DNA of 64,000 bases from Amphiscolops sp. MND2022 (taxonomy: Eukaryota), in assembly GCA_964187785.1 (NCBI GenBank), contig OZ076409.1:23996001-24060000 (forward strand). The letters run 5' to 3'. Every line of letters begins with the position of its first letter. The first letter of the stretch is position 1. Under the pieces are notes generated by a model that saw only the letters and a list, made by a program, of their open reading frames with translations, was not told the origin of the DNA and searched no databases. Positions 58,340-64,000 of this stretch are shown in pieces. Made by a program: the position numbers and the translations under genes.

Positions 58340-61300
58340 ATGCCGGGCAGCATATCGAGTGACATCTTATCCCAGATGGACTGGGACGAAGGAATTACAG
58401 GGATGACTAATCAATAAAAAAATTCCCAATAATGAACAAAAATTATACTGCTTCAACAATAGACTTTCGAAGGCGGCAGAACTAGTTTTTTCTTCGGTAG
58501 AATTTCATTTTCTGCTACTTAGATGGGTTGGATATACAAGATTGAAGCTAGTTTTTCTTGGTTCTTTAGATTGAATTTCGCTGTTGTTCCATGAAATGCG
58601 TAATGATTGAAATCCATGAACAGATAGATCCATTAACTGCTAAAATCTTACCAATTTTTAAGGCTCATTTCCGCCATGAAGGGTCGTCATAAATTGTTTT
58701 CAAACATGGTTCTGACGAACTTTTGTGGGGTGTGATTCATTAGTCATCCTTGGGGTGTGAATTCGGTAACAGTGCCGGTGGCGAATGCGGAGAACAAGGG
58801 ACTGGAGGCGGACATAGATGGCAAGACCAAGCTGGTCACGCGTCTGAGGGGAGAGCTCACTGAGAACGAGGACAGGGTGTACGCCATCCAGGAGCACATG
58901 AAGAACGTCAGACAGGAATTCACTCACACCAACGCACTCACTAACGCAAGAGGTCAGTGACCTTTGTAATAACTACACAATTGATAATCAATTTTCATGG
59001 ATTTTGAGCTATAAGGTGTCGAAGATGGGTTTGATTTGATTGTTTCTCTCAGGGCGTAGAGAGCCCGTTTCTCTCAGCCGAATGGCTCATTTTTCGTACT
59101 TTTTGATGTTCAATATTCATTTTTTAATGGACACTCAATAAAAGTTGATTAATATAACATCGAATAAATGAATTATTATTGTTATTATTATAATTTTAAA
59201 ATCTAAAATTTCTTAGAGTTAAAATTCATGGAAAAACAGGAAAATTGTCTCTGTTGCTATTATCGATGGCATCTCTCTCGGAAAAACTCTCACGAGATAT
59301 TTGACAGTGGAATGACGAATTTTAACGTTTCTGATTTCTTTATTATTGCCATTCTTGGCTTTCCAATTGCTGATCGCTATCGAAAGAACATTCATAAACC
59401 AGCAATGGTTTTTGATGGATCGCTATGGAACCTCAATACTATAAGATTCAATAGGCAAATGTTTCATATTTTGGGAACGAAAATATATATTTTTTCATTT
59501 TTCTTCCACATGATTGAACGGCGAGAAAATAGGTTTCGTAACATACGTAGTAATGATGATATCTTGAAACATTCCCAGAATTGAAAAACCAAAACTAAAG
59601 AAATGTCAATTTTATGGTGCAGTTGATGCTTTTTTCTTCCATTCTATGGATTGTTTGTACAACTTTTCATTGTTTTGTTGACATGAACAGAGTTCAACGA
59701 CAAAAAAAGCTCCTTTACATACAGATGATGAGCTCCGGGATACTCTCCGACGCAAACTACATTAACGAGATATTTTCAGGACTCGACCGTATCCAATAAA
59801 TTACAGACTTGCAGAAAAACGTACCAAAATTTTCAGTTTCTCTTATCTTTTGGCTTAATTGATGCCATTTTTAGTCGGCGCTTCATGAAGTGAAACGCGA
59901 CTATTATAGTGACTCTTTTAAATTTTTTTTCAATCCACACGAACAGACCAAAATAGTTCTACAAAATGTGCTCTGTGAAAATTTATGACCAGGAAATCAT
60001 CTAAAAATTGTACTAAAGTGGCATGAATTTCGAAATTCTGCATTTTGCTCTTTTTTGTGCATTTTGGGGCTCTTCAAATGATTATACTTCAGACTTCGTT
60101 TTTGAAGTTGCTATATATGAAATTTTTGTCATCGAATTCTGGATTTTGAATTATAGCCACAAAGATTTTCGAAAGTTGAAAAAAAATTCAACACGGTTAA
60201 AAACTGAAAAAGGGTTGGGGTGCTGATGTTTTGATTTTCAAAATTAAACCTTCTCTTCGAAATACCCTACTGGTCAGTTAATTGTTGCGTTGTTGAATTT
60301 AGGTTACCATAACGCTCGCTAATTTTGAAAAACTTCATAAGTTGCATGAAAAGGTTTAAAATTCGGAAGTTAAAAAGTTTTGAAAATTTTTTGTGATGGC
60401 GCACTTTTTTCAAAAAAGTCCATGTTTCCACAGATACATATGCTACGAACCTTTTTTCAATGGTAGTTGAATTCCGCGGGTTTTCAAACTTCTATCATTT
60501 GGGTAGTAAGCTTGGCAAAGTTGGGTAGAAAATTGCAGCTGTCATTGATTCTCACTTACAGAATTTTGTGCGAGAAATGAAAATTTTCAACGGGGTGGAG
60601 GCATCTGATTTTATTATTTATGTCTCTTCAACAGGGAACGAGGCCGACACAGAAGAACATCTCAAGAACATTGCGACTAGGGAAAAAGGACGTCTGGCGT
60701 CGGAGCTCCAGCGTCTGGACAACGAACTGGCTGACCTGAAGGACAAGAAAAACACTCTGGAAAACAACATCTTCCGCAAAACCCAGATGATAGACGACAT
60801 GAAGACCCAGATGAACTGGGATCAACAAGCTCTGGAAGCCTGGCTGGAGGAAGCCGCCCGGAAAGACGAAGATTTTATGACCCTTCAGAAATACACGCGA
60901 CAAGATGAGTCCAAAATCAAAGAGACGTCTCTGAAGATCGAGAAACTCACGGATGAAGTTGCAGCTAAAAGAAGAACTCTGGAAAACGAAACTACCGAAA
61001 CTCTGACTGCACAATTGGCGTTGGACAAAACGGCCGAGGAGTTCAGAAAAGCGCATTCTGAAAGACAGACTCTGATTGGACAATGGGAGCAGACGATTGA
61101 ATTGATGAAACGGAGAGATAAAGAAATTAATGAGCTGTCGATTCATTTGGCCGAAGCTAAGAACTCGGTTTACGAAAATGAGCAACTGGTTAAGGAGAAA
61201 GAAACTTTCAGCCAACAGGAACAGGAAAATAATGAGGAAAAAGAGAAACAGATTGCCTTGAAAGACCGCGCCATTGGAAAATCTAGAGGCGATTATAGTG

Positions 61301-63255
61301 GTCTTGAAAAAAGCAGAAAAGAATTCAGCGATGAGCTGGAATCTCTAAAAAACATCGTGGAAAAAACTGGCTCCCAGTTAGAAAACACAAGAGCAACTAT
61401 CTCTAGTTTGAAGAAAGAAATCGAGTCAATGACTCAAAAACTGAACGGGGTCAAAGAGGAAAGAAAAGCGCTGCAGGATAAGTTGCAACTAGCAGTAGAG
61501 GGAAATTTATCAGCTGAACAAAAAGCAAACATGATGGACCAACTTTTGGAAAAACAGGAAACAAATGTCTCCGAGTTGAGTAAAATCATTCACACGCTGC
61601 ATGAAAACTTGTTCCGCAAGCAACAGGAGTTGTTCAAGATGAACAATCTGGAAAAAGACTTGGAGGCTGAAATTTCCGGTGGAAAAACGGCGGCTAAAAA
61701 CTTGGCAGCCAGAATTGCCAAACTAGATGCGGATACCCTTAAACAACAGGAGTTAATTTACAATCAAGATTTCACGTTGCAGACTTTAGAACGCAGACTA
61801 TGGAGAATGCAAGGAGAAGTTAAGTCTAATGCCGAGGAAAAAGCTTTGCTTGCAAAAGTTGAAGAACTGAACGAAATTTTGGTTGAGAAAAATCAACGTC
61901 ATTCGCTGCTTTCCAACCAATTAAAACAACTAAATGAAGATATGAGACGCTTGAAGAAAGAATACGAAGCCGGAAATCGAGAGAAAATCGATTTAACTGA
62001 TAAAATTGACGAATTGGATCTCCATAATGATACTTCCGCGAAGGTATACAAAAACATGCACAAGAGGCGTCAGGACAAAATGGTCGAGGTTGGTTTGCTA
62101 CAGCTGGAGGTCAAACGTTTACGTGACCTTTTGAACGCGAAAGCTGATGACGTGATGACCTTGGAGAAACGAAGACTTTGGGTGGACACCGCTCTGAAAG
62201 AACGTCTGGAGGAAATTAATGTTCATCAAGGAATGTTGAAGGCCCAAATAAAAGCGGGCGAAGATGAAAGACAGACTATATCTGTGGAGCTGCATGAAAG
62301 AATAGCAAAAATAGACAAACTGAGAAAGCGTTACGAAATTTTGATGACGTCAATGGCACCGCCCGAAGGCGAAGAGGAGAGATCGGCAGCTTATTACGTC
62401 ATCAAAGCGGCCCAGGAGAAAGAAGAGCTGCAACGAAAAGGTGACATGTTGGATGCCAAAATCCGAAAAGCCGAGAAAGAGATCCGAGCGCTGGAAAATA
62501 CACTTCGGCTTCTGAATGGAAGAAACGAGACTTACAGGAAGAGTTTCAACAGTGTTAAGGATACGAGTGAAGTCGTTGAAGATAAGGAAAAACTTGAGCA
62601 GCAAAGAAGAACTGTTCTGGATAAAGTGAAGTATAAAAGACGCCAGCTTAGGGAGATTCAAGACGATCTTCATATGATGCAGACAAGTTTAGCTAGAGTT
62701 CAGCAAGAAGATAGCGGCTTGAAGGGATTGAATGAGGAAAAAATCAAAAGGATACAAATGGTACAACAGGAAATAGTCGAACAGCAGGAAAAGATATCCA
62801 GGGCCCAGAAAACTGTATCCAGGGAAGCAAGATCATTGCGACAGTCTAAACAGTCTAGCTCTCAGACGATTGAAGAACGAGATTTCGAGTTACGTGAGCT
62901 CAGAGACTTCAATCGCAACGTTATGAAGCAGATTGCTGACATAATGGTCACAAATGCTTCCGCTGCTCCAGACATTTTGGTCATGTTCCGGCAAGCTGGT
63001 CTGGATGCCCCGCCGGGCTCTGCTACCAGCAGCAGAGCCTCTTCCCAGCTCAGTTCGGCCCGATCAGATCAGATACCCACAGGACGATCAGGCGCCGGCT
63101 CCGGACCAGGAACCCCAAAGGCCGTCATGTCACCCAAAACAGTCCAGATTGGACTGGGAGATGGACCGATGGGGAGCCCCAGCGGTTCCAGACCACCTGC
63201 CAAAGGAAGCGGAAGTCGGACTTCTTCTAGAGCAAGCGGAGGAAGCAAACGATGA
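58340..63255 (+). CDS. CCDC39: Coiled-coil domain-containing protein 39 (axonemal ruler); exons 58340-58400, 58773-58952, 60635-63255
   Basis: DILSQMDWDEGIT|VPVANAENK, EHMKNVRQE, QMNWDQQALEAWLEE, YVIKAAQEKEELQRKGD.LDAKI.KAEKEI.ALENTL match CCDC39. Intron 1 needs a non-canonical donor. Confidence 0.92.
59868..59960 (+). mobile_element. HINE-like terminal fragment
   Basis: TTTTAGTCGGCGCTTCATGAAGTGAAACGCGACTA is the near-exact reverse complement of the 24490-24524 end. Confidence 0.6.
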
Positions 63256-64000
63256 GGGGCTGATAACTAGCAGATTTGCATCCCTAGAAATAACAGCACT
63301 AAAATTGTTCCAACCTGAACAACTCAAAATTTGATCTATTCTGACAATTAATATGGTATTGAGATGAAGCTTCATTGAAAAATTAAAAGTTTTCAAAAAA
63401 GGTTTGGTGAGATTGCATTTCCTTAGTTGCGTCCTAAACTTCATTGGAGAAGCTGCAGCAAGTTAAGAGCAGTTCAGAAAATGTAGAAATTTAGTGCTCC
63501 TTCTGAATTGCTCTTAACGTGTTTTGAATGTGGAATGCTTTACATATTTGAATGCAACGTAAAAGGTTATTTCAACGCTGGGTACTCAGACAAACTATTT
63601 GAATTTCCAGGAGCTTGTCAATTCCACAGGTTGGATGCAGAATTAGCAAAACGCTTTCTTCTGAGAGTAATCTCAATTAAGTGAAGTATGGTAGCACATC
63701 TGCAGCTAAGTGATTGCGAAATAGTCCATCTGAAGCTTTGGTTCCAAAATGATTTCCTCAAGGTCATGGAGGTCTGACTGACTGCTCGCCGTTGCTTTTT
63801 AGTTGAGCGACGCGTAAGCGGAGGGAAGTCTTTGCCGCGATCTGCGCTGAAATTTAAACGAATTGATCTGTTTTTTTATCATCCCGTCTGAAAATTCGAC
63901 ATCCTTCTCCGTTGTTTTTCTTCGAAACGTTATAACTCGAACCACGTTAATCGCAACGCTCTACTTTTTTTGAAAAAAACTCAGCGAGTTCGCAATTGGT

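Noticed and set aside
60568..60634. Track start of the 895-aa ORF (and 29902 for the 512-aa ORF)
   Set aside because: These N-termini are intron read-through; the exons begin at 60635 and 29944.

Overview
This is eukaryotic, AT-rich, intron-containing animal genomic DNA read in the standard code; the species cannot be determined from the sequence. Bases 1 to ~23,705 look like one giant minus-strand Helitron2/Helentron-type rolling-circle element that runs off the left edge. It carries a ~2,370-aa HUH(Y2)-Rep / Pif1-helicase ORF ending in a GIY-YIG nuclease domain, a separate SGNH-hydrolase ORF, a third unknown ORF and three minisatellites. Its ~12-kb non-coding 5' region is an array of modules, each capped by a conserved ~47-bp hairpin that shows compensatory base changes. 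The element appears to sit inside an intron of PABPN1. To the right are host genes reconstructed by hand: the last two exons of PABPN1, AKAP10, an 8-exon FLYWCH+MULE domesticated-transposase gene, ATRAID (minus strand) and CCDC39. Around them are many non-autonomous TEs: HINE-like elements, hAT/Mutator-like MITEs, a Tigger remnant and a solo LTR. Two introns (PABPN1 and CCDC39) have non-canonical donors and terminal inverted repeats, as expected of transposon-derived (introner-like) introns. All calls are by-eye motif recognition; no database searches were run.
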